A stretch of DNA of 36,408 bases, taken from assembly GCA_003990765.1 (NCBI GenBank), contig RBNJ01000220.1:1-36408 (forward strand), written 5' to 3'. The notes under the pieces were generated by a model. That model did no database searches and was not told the origin of the DNA. It saw nothing but the letters and a program-made list of their open reading frames with translations. The stretch's first letter is position 1; every line of letters begins with the position of its first letter. The translations under genes and the position numbers were made by a program. The stretch comes from Jimgerdemannia flammicorona (Eukaryota). Positions 24,170 to 36,408 of the stretch are shown here, one piece after another.

Positions 24170-24670
24170 CACGCAATCAACTCAAGTCGAATGTCGAGTT
24201 GAATAGTCATTGTTGATATAGTGCACGGGAGGCATAGTTGATACAAACATTTACTCAAGGCGTTTGTTGAGGCTCAGTGTGCATGATAATCTTCTTTCAC
24301 TTCTCTCTTCCTTTCCCCTTTCGTATGCGTAAAGATTCAATGGAACCAATGAACTCTTTCTCCTTCTAGACCATGATCTTCTCCCTATCCTATTCTTCTT
24401 ATATTGTCCAAATCGCGCTTGAACCCCTCTTTGTTTTCACGAACTTTTGGAGAGAGTATTTATGCGACAATACATTGGCACAACTTGCCTCGATGTCAGG
24501 GAGAAGATAGGAAATGTAAATCGTGTGTTGGTGTTGAATAATAGTTATTGGTGTTGAATATTGCCAATGTCACAAAATTTCAGATAGGTCAGGTCGGATG
24601 GCTTGAGTAGGACATTGATAAACAATGTTGGTCATTGCTAGTCATTACTGCCAAATAAATCAATGCCAAC

Positions 24671-25216
24671 TGGTGCTCTCTAAGGGACAGCTCCACTCAG
24701 CAAAGCCTGAAGGAAATTCTTCAAGTGCATACATTATGGACTTGAATATAAAAATCATTATAGTCTAATATATTGTATCACTTATCTCCTCTATTAATGC
24801 TTCTCTTTATTGATATCATCTCAGTTTAAAATATAGAAAATAATAATAATAATAATAATAATAGTTATTGATATAAGATATGTATCTATATAAAACTTTT
24901 TAATAAAGATTATAACTATATCAATAAAGAGTCTTTTAAAGCTTTGAAATACATAATTAAATAATAATTGGTCTCTATTACTATATATATATAATTGTCC
25001 TTGAGACTCTTATAATAGATATATTACTAGGTATATTGCTAAATATATTATATACTAGATATATTATTAGATATATTATTGAGTATATTCCTCAATTTAA
25101 TTTAAATTTGATTTGATTTAAACTTGATTCAAATTGAAAAATCCCCAATTCAATTTGATTCAAATGACCCTCAATTTGATTTGATTCAAATTGATTCAAT
25201 TTATTTGGGAGCACTA
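24671..25216. mobile_element. Degenerate hAT-type non-autonomous element (~546 bp)
   Basis: Left TGGTGCTCTC, right GGGAGCACTA with GATTCAAATT subterminal repeats; flanking 8-mers ATGCCAAC and GTACTAGT differ only by transitions. Confidence 0.5.
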
Positions 25217-25224
25217 GTACTAGT

Positions 25225-27600
25225 TTGGAAAAATATAATCAAAACAAACTTTGCTACAAAATTGGAATCCAAATGAGAAGGATTTTATCTTGTATACAAT
25301 ATCAGAGAAACTAGTATCTATTTAAGAAGTATAGATAGATGAACTCTGAGGATACCAGTATATATCAACTGCCTCAAGATATATCTCTTCTCCTACTATG
25401 AATTAGACAATTGACCAGTATCTCTAGACTCTTATCCTTAGTTCATTCCAATCCCTCCCAGTTCCCCTACCACAATTTTACCAAGTCAATGGAAATCTCC
25501 TCCAATGAATCCAGACTCACCAAGAGAACCTTATCTTAGCCAGATATTTACTATAAGCCTACCAGCTATAGGCCTACTATATAATTGGAGAATAGTTGTA
25601 GAACCTTCTAACCCCAGACCTAACTATATTAGAAACTCCACTGACCTAACTTAGAAGAACACTATTACTGCAGACAGACTGTATATAATCTACAAATAAA
25701 AAACTATAGCTCTGATACAGATATAATTCTTTCTGAGTAATATATAAGAAATGAATTCCACTATCTATCTGAGTATTATCAACTATATCAAAATTCTATT
25801 CTTAGAGAAAAAAGAAAAATCTGTTAAATAGAGTAACTCTGATCCAAATGAAGATAATGGTTCAGATATTGATGCTGAAGATACTTATACATATTGGAAT
25901 GATGACTAAAAGATAGTCCAAGGACAGACTATCTTTTAGTAAGAGCTGATGTGATAAGCAGTATAACCATACTACTGAAATTATAAATTAGCTATATACC
26001 ATATCTAGTATACTAGATAATTAAGACTGCTTTATTGCACCAATCTGTATAATTAACCAGAGATATCAGAAATAGTATATTTATCTATTCTGAACCAGTA
26101 TACTATGCTAACCCAGTATACTATACCAGTCTAGTACACTATATCAGTCTAGTATACTGTACTATCTAAGAATACTTATCATATATAACAATCTATTATT
26201 AGTCATATAGTAACTAGATAGCAACTACAACTATATAAAATACCCCAGAGACAAAAGTGAATAAACCTCAGTTTGAAAAGTCAAAGAAAAGCAGAAAACT
26301 TTCTTTTTCTACTTTAGTCTACTTTCTGATATAAAGATTAATTAGTATACTTACCAGACTAAGTCAGAAGAAAAAGAGTCTGAAAAGTTTAAAAGTAAAA
26401 GATAAGTCTATCTACTATACTTTGAGAGGAACTCTAAAGCTACTACTAAGAGATTGTGAGCTTACTTTCTCTACTCTGGTTTACTTTCCAATATAAAGCT
26501 TTGAAGAGAAGTCTACTATCTCAGTTTTTTGATACAACTTTGCAGTAGAGCCAGTCTATTCAATATTACTCTATATAAATAAAGCCTATCTCTGATACAA
26601 CTTTGCTAAGAGAAGAGAATCTGAGTTATTTTTCAGAGAAGTCTACTGATTCAGAAAAATTTTATATCATTCAAGTTATCCAAGTTATTATTTAAGAACC
26701 TTACTATTTCCAGAGAGTCTACTATAAGAAATCTTGCTACAAATTAGTCTTTTGATACAACTTTACAGTAGAGCCAGTTTATGTACAAATAAAGCCAGTC
26801 TTGACATAACTTGTCAAGAATCCATATCTGAGCTATTGAATTATCTACTATCTGAGTTATTTCTAAGAAATCTGCTAATTTAAGAAGAATTTATATCATT
26901 TACCATTTTTGAGTTATCTGAGTTATCAAGTTATCTATCATCTAAGTTATTCAAGTTATCTAAGTTATCTATCAATTGAGTTATCATCTAAGTATCAGTT
27001 ATATTTAGGAAGTCTGCTAATTCAGAAGAATCTGCACTCAAATTGAGTTATCTATTAGGTCTGTATAAGAAATACTACCAAGATTATCTCACTAGAAATT
27101 ACATATTTTTGGAGATCATTATACTATATAGAGATCACTATCACTTAAGAAAAAAAAACTGCTAAATTGTCAGACTCTCATATATACTACACTATATATA
27201 TAAATCACTACTTATACTCAAGAACTCATCCTAATAAGAAAATCAACTATTGTATTCAGATTGACTATTATATTACTAAACATCAATAAGAAATCTTAAA
27301 ATATTTTATTACTTTTGACAAAGTAACTAGGAGCTCAAGCCAAACTACATCAATCCCTAATCTTGTAATTTGTCTCTATTAAGTCAGATATATTATAATA
27401 AATATATTCAGTATATCATATTTAACCATAGTCTTAAATCTATATAAATATTCTTTATACTAACCTTAGCTCTACTTTTCCCTCTTAAAAATAAAGAAGT
27501 ATTTTTATCAAGAACTCTTAGATCTAACTTATTAATAATTCTAAATCTAATTAACTTAAAATATAAGTATATAGTACTTTGAATAAGTTGATTCAAATTA
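25225..27600. mobile_element. Heavily mutated AT-rich repeat relics, possibly LTR-retrotransposon derived
   Basis: No CpG, TpA-rich, no long ORF; internal duplications (GATACAACTTT at ~26531, 26594, 26754; GAGTTATC arrays at 26900-27050). Confidence 0.4.
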
Positions 27601-27654
27601 AATCCAGATTCAATTTATCATATAATAGTTTGATCCAAATCTCAAATCTGAAAT

Positions 27655-27825
27655 AATCTGAACCAACTCAGATTAATCTGAATTACTCAATCTGAATTAC
27701 TCAATCTGAATTCTTCAATCTGAATTTTTTAATCTGAATTCCTTAATCTGAATTAATTAATCTGAATCCTTCAATCTAAATTCTTCAATCTAAATTCTTC
27801 AATCTGAATTCTTCAATCTGAATTC
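27655..27825. repeat. 14-bp tandem repeat AATCTGAATTCTTC, about 11 copies
   Basis: Directly visible. Confidence 0.85.
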
Positions 27826-27882
27826 ACTATATAACTTATATACTAGATATATCTATATAAATATATATATAAATATATATAT

Positions 27883-30625
27883 TGTAACAGTGATCTCAGA
27901 ATGATGACATTAGCACAGGAGATAGCCTTTTCTTGCAAGCTACCAGATCAGAGCATAAGAAGATCATATAGCATATGAGATGAGCAATAATGACCAACTA
28001 TCATGCCTCCTTTCTTTGCTACCTTACTGGTCATAAGGTTTGGTAGGTGACCTTCCAAGTCCCCCTTCCCCTAATATTACCCCCTCTACCTCAGGTTGGT
28101 TTGTTATGCCTGCAGGGATATGGTGGGAGGAGGGTAATGGTGATGAGTTGCCCCTTTTATCAGTATTGGATTGGTGCTTCCTCCACTTTTTTGCAGATTC
28201 TAATGCCTTCAGCTGTGTCTGGGGTATACCCATTTTGGTGCGGTGCCTTCTTCCTTTTACTATCACTAACATGGAGTTGTCTCGGTGTGTCTCAGGCTAC
28301 ATAGGGAGTTGGCCAACCTTGGGCATCAAGTGCTCAGTGTAGATTACCTACAGATCTTCAGTGCCTGTGGTGGGGCCCTCTAGTTTTGGCAAGCTTCCCG
28401 GCAAGCATGGTTCTGGTGTAGGTGACTGTTTTTTGGGTGTTGTCAGGATGGGAGGGGAGATGGCCATCACAGATAGGAGGAAGGATAATAATGGTGAACC
28501 AGTAGGGTGCCAGACTGGGGGTGGTTATTGGGGCTGGGGCAGGTACTGCTTCGGTGGAGCCTTTTGATTGGTGCAGCACAGTTAGGTAGTAGGTGTCACT
28601 CTTGGCTTCTTTTGGCAGTTAGCGGGATTGGGCCCCAGTTGTCAGGGGGGGTCAGGGGGCCCAAGGCTACCCATTTCAGGCATCTTGGCTGCACTCAACT
28701 GGAACCAGGAGCTGATACAGCAACATGATTGAGGCCCACAGGCTTGAGTAGTGGGGTATTGGAGGCTTCCTCTCACCTCATGTGTAAGTCCTTTACTCAC
28801 CTTGACTGGAAGAACCAGGCCCTACCCACTATATTGTACTTTGATGAGGGTTTTTCTTTATCTGTCATTCTCTTTGGAGTGGCAGGGGCTATTCTATTCA
28901 GCTCGAGCATAGCCTTGTATATACATTGGGTTCTCAGGCATGCACTTTTAGTTGTTGGCATATGGTTGGATTTCCCCTGGTGGTAGAGAGAGCATGGTGT
29001 ACAGAATGAGGTGCAGGCCAATATAGGCCCTGCTGTGCCTGACATAGTCGAGCTGCTAGACAATAGCTAGTCTAAGTTAATGGGGGGACAGTGCTTGGTG
29101 GGTGGTGGGGGAGGGTTTTGGACTATATAGTCTAGGTTCCCTTTCAATAAAATTCCGTGGGACATGAGTCTATTAAAAAAAAAAAAAAAAAAAAATAATG
29201 ACCAACTATGAGTTATTGTGACCACAGTACAAGCATCTTGAGAAATATAAAAGAAGGATCAAGGAACCATAGTAGCAGCAATCAACAAGACCCACTAATC
29301 CCAAAATAGCTCAAAGACTCACTACAAATGAAATGCCTGCTGCTTACCAAACCTCAAGGTCAAGGAACTACTAAGGTATCTCAGTCAAAGAGAGGATGTT
29401 CCAAGACATCAGAAGAGTCATGAGGACCCACTCAAGAAGGACTCCTAGTGTCAACCTGGATACTGGTGACCCTAATTACTATATCCTCTACTGCTATGAA
29501 ATAGAAATAAGGATCACCATTACTACTAAATGCCTCCAAATGTGGCAGGAGTATGAAATAGGAAATCTCCTCTGCTGAGAGTTCCCACTCAAGAGCTACA
29601 AGATACTACTTCCATGGATATATATGAAATAAGAATAGCTAAGAAGATCCATCAGATCTTCAGGCATATACTATGGTTGATCTCTAACTTGGAATATGTT
29701 AGAGTCTCAGATTTCAGAGATCTGTCATTCTGCCATATCAATGCACTAGAAGGCAGGGTGGCTACAGAAGCCCAGTCTACTATTACCCTCAATAGTGATA
29801 AAGTAGAAGACTTCTGGCATCCTATCCTTCAGGACAACCCAGACCAATTCCTGCAAGGATTGATCTCAGTATTTCAAGGCCCAAGTATCCAGGTTAGATC
29901 TCTCCAAGACCCCACATTTGTTTCCTATTTTGTAGAAAAGAACCTCATAGACTAGAGAGCTCCAGATCTCTTTCCCACCACTGAATGTGATGACATCATC
30001 AGCAATGACATCATCCTACACAACATATGCGAGATGCATGATGAAGCATACAAAGTACATGAAATATGCAATGATGATGAATTTGTGGACCTTATCTCCT
30101 TTGAAGACATCCTGACCTCTGATGATGAAGCCTCTATAGTCCTGAACATTCTGCTCTAAGTCTCTTGGTTATACTGAATAATACCAATACCAGCATTCTG
30201 ATGTAATACTGAATAATATCAGCACCAGCATTCTAATGTAATACTGAATTATACCAGCATTCTGAACCTATACAACTATCAGTACTGACTCTGGAACTTA
30301 GCAGTTTTTCCTGTCCTGGCATTTTATTTTAGTTATTGGAATTTATATTTAGCTTTATATCTTAACAACTATTGAATTATATTTTATATAAATACCTCTC
30401 TTATTTTCTCTGAAATAAAGTCAGTCAACTCAGTGCAATATATACACTTCCTTATAAGTAATCTAAGAGATAATAAGATAGTTAAAGATAAGAAGTTTGA
30501 GGACTATAAGATCTTGAGAAGGCACTCCAATAAGAACTTACTTATAACAAACTTGAGTTAGTCTAAGAGATACACCTTGAAGAGAATCTAGTATATTTGA
30601 AGGACTCAGCAACTACTATGTAACA
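27883..30625 (+). mobile_element. Probable solo LTR (~1.5 kb once the nested insertion is removed)
   Basis: Begins TGTAACA and ends TGTAACA (TG...CA); ATAT on both flanks within a TA tract; AATAAA at ~30414-30419; internal short tandem repeats at 30170-30265. Confidence 0.6.
28002..29195 (+). mobile_element. Poly(A)-tailed retroposed insertion (~1.2 kb) with a 16-bp TSD
   Basis: AATAATGACCAACTAT at 27986-28001 and 29194-29209; AATAAA at 29146 followed by A21 at 29175-29195; GC content markedly higher than its flanks. Confidence 0.88.
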
Positions 30626-33600
30626 ATATATATATATAGTATACTTAAGTACTTATGTTGACAGACCAATCTTTAATAATTTATAGTACTAATGATACTT
30701 CAAGTTAAATATCTTTGATGGTTCCATATACTTCTTGTAATTCTCATTCTAAAATCTGGCAATATTATACTAAGATTAGCAATAAGATTATTTATAATTA
30801 CTATAGGTGAATATATATATATTTGTAATATAACTAATATATTAAATAATATATATATTATAATATAGTAGATATATAACTGTGTAAGTATATTAGATTT
30901 CTGTATCTTAAAAACTTGATCTTCTTTAACTCTGCAGAGTTCTTGAGATATAGAGATAAATGAGTTCAAAGTATATCTATCTATAGGTTTACTAGTTCTT
31001 TTGCTTTCTCTTTGCTTTAAACTATTTCAATCTGAGGTTTATTCACTCTAAATACTGAAAATATTTATATAAGTTTGTTAGCTATAAGATAGCTAAGTTA
31101 TGACTATATTTTTTATAAGTTACTTTTCACAAATATTAATCTTTGACATCTGTTAAATCTTTAATATCTGTAAAATCTTAATATTTGTGAAAATATTAAC
31201 ATTTATCAAAACTTTAACATTTGTAAAATAACTACTATTTGTAAGACTATATTATATTTTGAAATCAGATTTAGATACTATGATCAAATATTTATTCTAT
31301 AATATATAATATTAATCTTATTTAACTCAGTTAATTTATATATTATATAGTCAGAAGTTCAAGGTATATAATAGTTTAATTTCAAATATATACTAATATA
31401 TATATATATAGGAGAAAGATACTTTAACAAAATCAAAAAGAATATATAAATAAATAAAATCAACTTTCAAATTATAGTAAGTATAGTTATATTCTAAAAT
31501 ATAATTGCCTGACTCTTCTATATCAACAATCTTATTTAATCAAAATTTTTTAGCCATATACTTTAGTAGAGTTTTAAAATTAGCTCATTTACTAAATTGT
31601 ATATATAGATTAACTATTTATAACTATCAAGAGTAACTAATTATATATATGATATCTTTGGTCTTCTCAAGTATAATTTACATCTATCAAGTACTGATAC
31701 TGTTCACAATAATGTCCTGGAGATCTATTAGAAGGAGTATGATAATCTCTATCAGATACTTTAGATAAAATAAGAGTAATACTGTAATATTGTATTTCCC
31801 CTCTCCTCTCTTAAAAATAAGCTCAATAATCTAATCTTATATCAAATAAATAGAACTTGGTAGATAGAATTTTATTCATAATTGATATATAAATATCTCA
31901 TATACCTTTCTCTACTACTATTTATATATATTATATCAAACTTCACAATACACTTTTGTACAGTTTATTGAAGAAAAGTACTATCAATATATCAGTAAAT
32001 AGAAGATCTGATAAGTATACTGGATCTGATAGATCTGAAGTATTTGAATAGTAGTATATATATAGAAAGAGATTATAGTACTTTTTTTTTTGATAATACT
32101 GGTAGTTAGAGAGGAGTTAGAGAGAGTCAACAGCTAGGCTCAGCCAGTAAGAGATCAGGCTAGATGAGTTTTGCAAATAAGGTAAAGGCTAGTAGTTGGC
32201 CTGAGAGTGTTCAAGATAGTAAGCTAGGAGAGAAGAGAAAGATGAGCACTAGAAAAGCTGAAGAGATACTACCAGATAGAGCAGATATAGAGACTGAGAG
32301 AGTTATAACTACTAAGATAGTTTTGGGTTTACTTGTAAATCAACTAATAGAGTTATCTTAGTGAAGTTCTTATATAGGCTAAAAGAAGTTAAGATAGGGT
32401 TTGAGAAGAAGGAGCTACTGGCAGAAGCCTTGAAGACTAGGCTATTGGTTAGTGAAGTAGTAATACTGATGGCTAGATATCTGAGATAGGATTCAAGGGT
32501 CATGCAACTTTTAGTGAAGAGAATATCTATGGTTATAACTCTGAAAATAAGGAGAAAAGTTGAGAAGATGATAAAGGAGTATAGAGAAGTAATGAATGTT
32601 GGATTCTATATGAAGAGTATTATATTTAGAACAGATAATATAGATAATAGGCTCTAGTATACTAGAAAAGAAACTACTAAGAAGGCTAGAGACTGGTCTA
32701 TAGTACTTATATATATAGAATACTTTTATCTATAAGGTAATGAAGATGAAGAGAAGTAAAGAGAAAGAGGAGAATTTGCTAGAGATTTTAGAGGAACTAG
32801 ATAGAGTGGTAGAGTATTATATAATAGTATAGTAGACTTATTTAATATTGATATATTTAGAAGTGGTAAATGGCAAAAGGATTTATATAGATAAAATAAT
32901 ATAGGAGAAGACTCAGAAGAGAAAGAGACAGTAGGATCTATTGGCTGATTTGATAGAGAAGATGAGAAGCAGAGCTGAAGAGAGAGAGAGAGAAGTAAAG
33001 GTGAGTAACTAGACTATAAGTAGAGAGGGAAAGAGAGGGGTAGACATGAAGTCAAGCAGGAAGGTGAGGAGTTAGCAACTCTATGATAATAGTATACTCA
33101 AAGTCTGAGAGAAGGAGATGGAATATCCAGTATAGGAAGATGTTCTGAAAAAGAGTAGTATAGAGAATGTAGAGATAAGTAATATATATAAGATCAAATT
33201 TGGGATACTAAATATCAAGAAGAGAGGGCAGATGGTCAGGGTGAGAGAGAATAAGTTACTGGATATTTCAGAGGTAGAGTGGAATAAGTCTGTAAGTACT
33301 AGAGCTAATGTTATCTTATTAATAAAGGAGAGGCCTATGACTCCTAGTAGAAAATATCTAAGAGATATATACTTGCTGAATGTTTTTAATGATGAGATAG
33401 TTGGCTACAGATAAGCTATAAGAGATAAATATATATATTATTAGTGAGAAAGTCTGAGAAAAAGAGTTGAATAGTGAGAAAGTAGTGGTGAGACTGAAGT
33501 CTGAAGTTCTGACTATGATGTTAGAGACTGAAGGCTATGAGGTCAATGAGGAGAGAGAGGCTGATTTGGTAGTAGTTGCTGAGAAGTATACTAATTTTTA

Positions 33601-33679
33601 ATAGAGATAGTAAAATAGATTGCAGATCTGATAGCTGTTATGTAAAGAGTATAAAGAGTTGTAGAGATAGGGGTGGAGG

Positions 33680-36260
33680 ATTGGAGGTTGGAGAGGGCGA
33701 AATTGGAGATAGCGGAACTACAACAGGTGCTGAGGGAAGAGGAGGAGGCACATATGTGGGGCATGACGGCTAGGCTGCGGTGGCAAGGGCTTGAGGAGGG
33801 TGAGCGGCCCACTAAGTACTTATCATGACTTCTCAAAGCTAGGAGGGTGCGTCATCGGTGGGATGGGGTCCTGGATGCTGATGGGGGCATGGTTCACGGC
33901 ACACAACAAATCCTGGGGGTCTTGAAGGAGAGGTGGCAGGGTTTGTGGAGTGAGGAGGAAGGGGGTGCAGATGAGGCGGAGATTGCAGATACACTGGAGG
34001 AGTGGGAACCACCGCAGGTTGATGGATTGAGGGATCTGATCTTACCGGTCCAGGGGGAGGAGATCCAGGGTGTCCTGGCAGCAACTAAGCTTGGGACAGC
34101 GCCAGGGGAGGATGGATTGCCTTGGGACTTCTGGAAGAAGATGGTAAATGTCCCCGGAGTGTTGGCTGAGATGGCCGATCTTTGTGACCATGTCCTTCAG
34201 AGTGGTACATGGGTTGGAGAGCAGGATCTGGGGCTGGTGGCCCTATTGTACAAAGACAAGGGAAGAAGGGAGGACTGGAAGAACTGGAGGCTGATCATGC
34301 TTTTGGATATGGACAGGAAGGTGGTGACTAAGGTAATTGTCGCTAGGCTGCAGAAGGTTGCCCAACAGGTACTGGGGGAAGAGCAGAGGGGCTTTGTTGG
34401 GGGTAACTAATAAGAGACAGGACTGCTTAGGTCCATGGTGTCATTGAAGGGGCCCGAGCCTGTAGACTGGACGGGAGGCTGGTCTTTCTGGACCAGGAGA
34501 AGGCCTACGACCGGGTTAGGCGGGTGTGGCTGGGAAAGGTGTTGGACCGCATTGGAGTCTCCACGACATTTAGGGCCTCTATGCTGAGTCTGCTGGAAAG
34601 TAGTCGGGCTGCGCTGACATGTAATGGTCACCGCGGGAGGGTATTTCCCTTGGAAAGAGGAGTACCTCAGGGGGACCCTCTTTCCCCGATTCTCTATGCC
34701 CTTTCACTAGAGCCGTTGATGGATAGAATTCGCCAGAAGATAGCAGGGCTCTCTATCTATAGTATAGTGTGGAAGGTGGGGGCCTTTGCTGATAATATGG
34801 TGGTTGGACTTGGGTCGGTGGTGGATGTAGAGGAACTTCGGGAGACAGTGGAATGGTACAAGACTCATTCCGGGGTGAAACTCAACTGGCATAAGTGTGA
34901 GACAATGGTGCTAGGGAATGGGTTGGTGGGTGGGGACGTCATTGGAACAATTGTCCCTACTGGTGAGGTGGTGAGGTATCTGGGTATCTTCCTCTCTGTC
35001 TATGGTTCTGTCTTGCCAAGGGTGTGGTGGGAGAGCAGGGTACATAGTTGGGGGGAGGCCCTTCGAGGTTGGGGAGGCCGCCATATCTCTTTGGCAGGGC
35101 GGGTGTCGATCTTGAATGTATATTGGTTCCCTAAGCTGTGGTATGTGGCATATCATCTGGACTTCCCAGCATGGGTAGTGAAGAAGCTCATAAAGGTGGC
35201 TAGGGATTGGATTTGGGCAGAGAGGAGGTCCCAGGTCAGTTGGGATACTCTTGCGAGACCAGTAGTCAGGGGAGGTCTTGGCCTGGTGGATTTCCCTAAG
35301 AGGCTGCACTGCTTGAGAGCCTGGTAGTTGAAGAGAGCTGTGGAATTGCGAGGTGGCAGTTGGGTGCCTCTGATGCAGAAGGTATGGGAGATGCATACGT
35401 CCCCTCAAGGGTCCTCTGGGGATCTGCTCTCTTTGGTGGGGCTGAATGGAGTTCGGAGGCTGCAGTTCAAGGGGTTTTGGTGGAGAGTGGCTGAGGGGGC
35501 ACACCGTATTGGCCTGCGATGGCAAGGCGATGAGGGGGAGGCGGCGTGGGGGTCTAATATGTGGCGTTGGGATAGACTGCTCCTGGGGGGTACTCCCCTG
35601 GCTGAATTCGATATTGGGGAGGGAGTGGAGTGTCAGCAGGGACTTGGCTGGGACCTTTGGCCAGGTGGCTGGCAGGTGGTTGGGATCGGAGAGGAGTGGG
35701 ACTGGGCAGGCATCTGGTCTTGGAGTGCTGAGGTATGGCAATGGCTCCCACCCAAGTACTGGGTGGTGTGGTGGAGAATGTTGCGGAGGAATATTATGCT
35801 GAATTTCCGCTCAGGGCATTTGGCGGAGGGTGGACAGTTTGACTGTGAGGAGTGTTATGGTGTTGGGTAAGCTGGGGGTTATGTACAGATGCCGGAACAT
35901 TGGCTGGGGGAGTGTGAGGTCTTGGGGGAGTTTTGGGCAGAGGTAGGGGATAGACTGGGTGTTGAGCGTCGGCTGGTGGGGGAGGGGGGTCGCTGGGAAG
36001 ACTTAAAATCTCGGCTAGTGGGTGGGGTGGGGGATAGTTGGCTCACTGTAGGATGGGTGTTGGCAGTATGGGTGGGATTGGCGGGCCATTGGCTCTTTGT
36101 ATTTGAGGAGGGGCAGTGGCTGGGGCTAGATGCGAAGGTGCTATGGTGGGAGGAGCTGGTGGGGGATCTGCTGACCGGATGGTGGGTGGGTTGGGGACCT
36201 CAAGGAGGCCGACGTAGAAGTTTAGTGGTGAAGATCTGTGAGCAGAGTAGTGGGGGATAG
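33680..36260 (+). pseudogene. LINE ORF2 reverse transcriptase pseudogene
   Basis: Stops at ~33826, 34408, 35325 and 35868; frameshift near 34410-34480; catalytic (Y/F)ADD reads FADN. Confidence 0.88.
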
Positions 36261-36408
36261 ACTGCTCCTGGGGGGTACTCCCTTGGCTGCATTCGATATT
36301 GGGGAGGGAGTGGAGTGTCAGCAGGGGCTTGGCCAGGATCTTTGGCCGGGTGGCTGGCAGGCAGTTGGGATTGGCGAGGAGTGGGACTGGGCAGGCATCT
36401 GGTCTTGG
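36254..36408 (+). repeat. Diverged direct copy of 35569-35723, running off the window
   Basis: GGGATAGACTGCTCCTGGGGGGTACTCC...GGCATCTGGTCTTGG occurs at both positions with a few substitutions. Confidence 0.92.

Larger units (their letters stand above)
32100..36408 (+). mobile_element. Decayed L1/Tx1-like LINE: mutated ORF1, endonuclease remnant, and RT plus C-terminal zinc finger broken by stops and a frameshift
   Basis: EGERPTKY linker, APGEDGLPWDFWK, LYKDKG...WKNWRLIMLLDMDRKVVTKVIVARL, EEQRGFV, LDQEKAYDRV, RGVPQGDPLSPILY, AFADN, GVKLNWHK, VRYLGI, SLAGRVSILN, GGLGL, CEEC...HWLGEC. Confidence 0.92.

Noticed and set aside
27655..27825. Regular short repeats as a possible CRISPR array
   Set aside because: Tandem 14-mers without unique spacers, no cas genes, eukaryotic context
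34911..35741. 276-aa Pro-rich minus-strand ORF
   Set aside because: Antisense shadow of the G-rich LINE ORF2

Overview
Eukaryotic, intron-rich genomic DNA, most likely from an early-diverging fungus (Mucoromycota-like; inferred from gene content and style, not proven). Positions 1-24200 hold eight spliced protein-coding genes: a 5'-truncated METTL5-like rRNA m6A methyltransferase, an orphan helical protein, a stand-alone C2-domain protein, a bacterial-type aldo/keto reductase, a secreted and probably GPI-anchored plant-type LRR protein, TMEM42, a Nup57/Nup54 nucleoporin with a 47-Gln tract, and NIPSNAP. AT-rich, CpG-poor transposon relics interrupt this block and dominate 24600-36408: hAT-type MITEs, a probable solo LTR with a nested poly(A) retroposon, and a decayed L1/Tx1-like LINE. 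The most striking feature is the LRR gene, in which nine successive LRRs are each encoded by their own 72-nt (one 75-nt) exon flanked by phase-2 introns. The repeats also show transition-biased, RIP/methylation-like decay. All exon models were derived by eye from GT-AG sites and reading frames.
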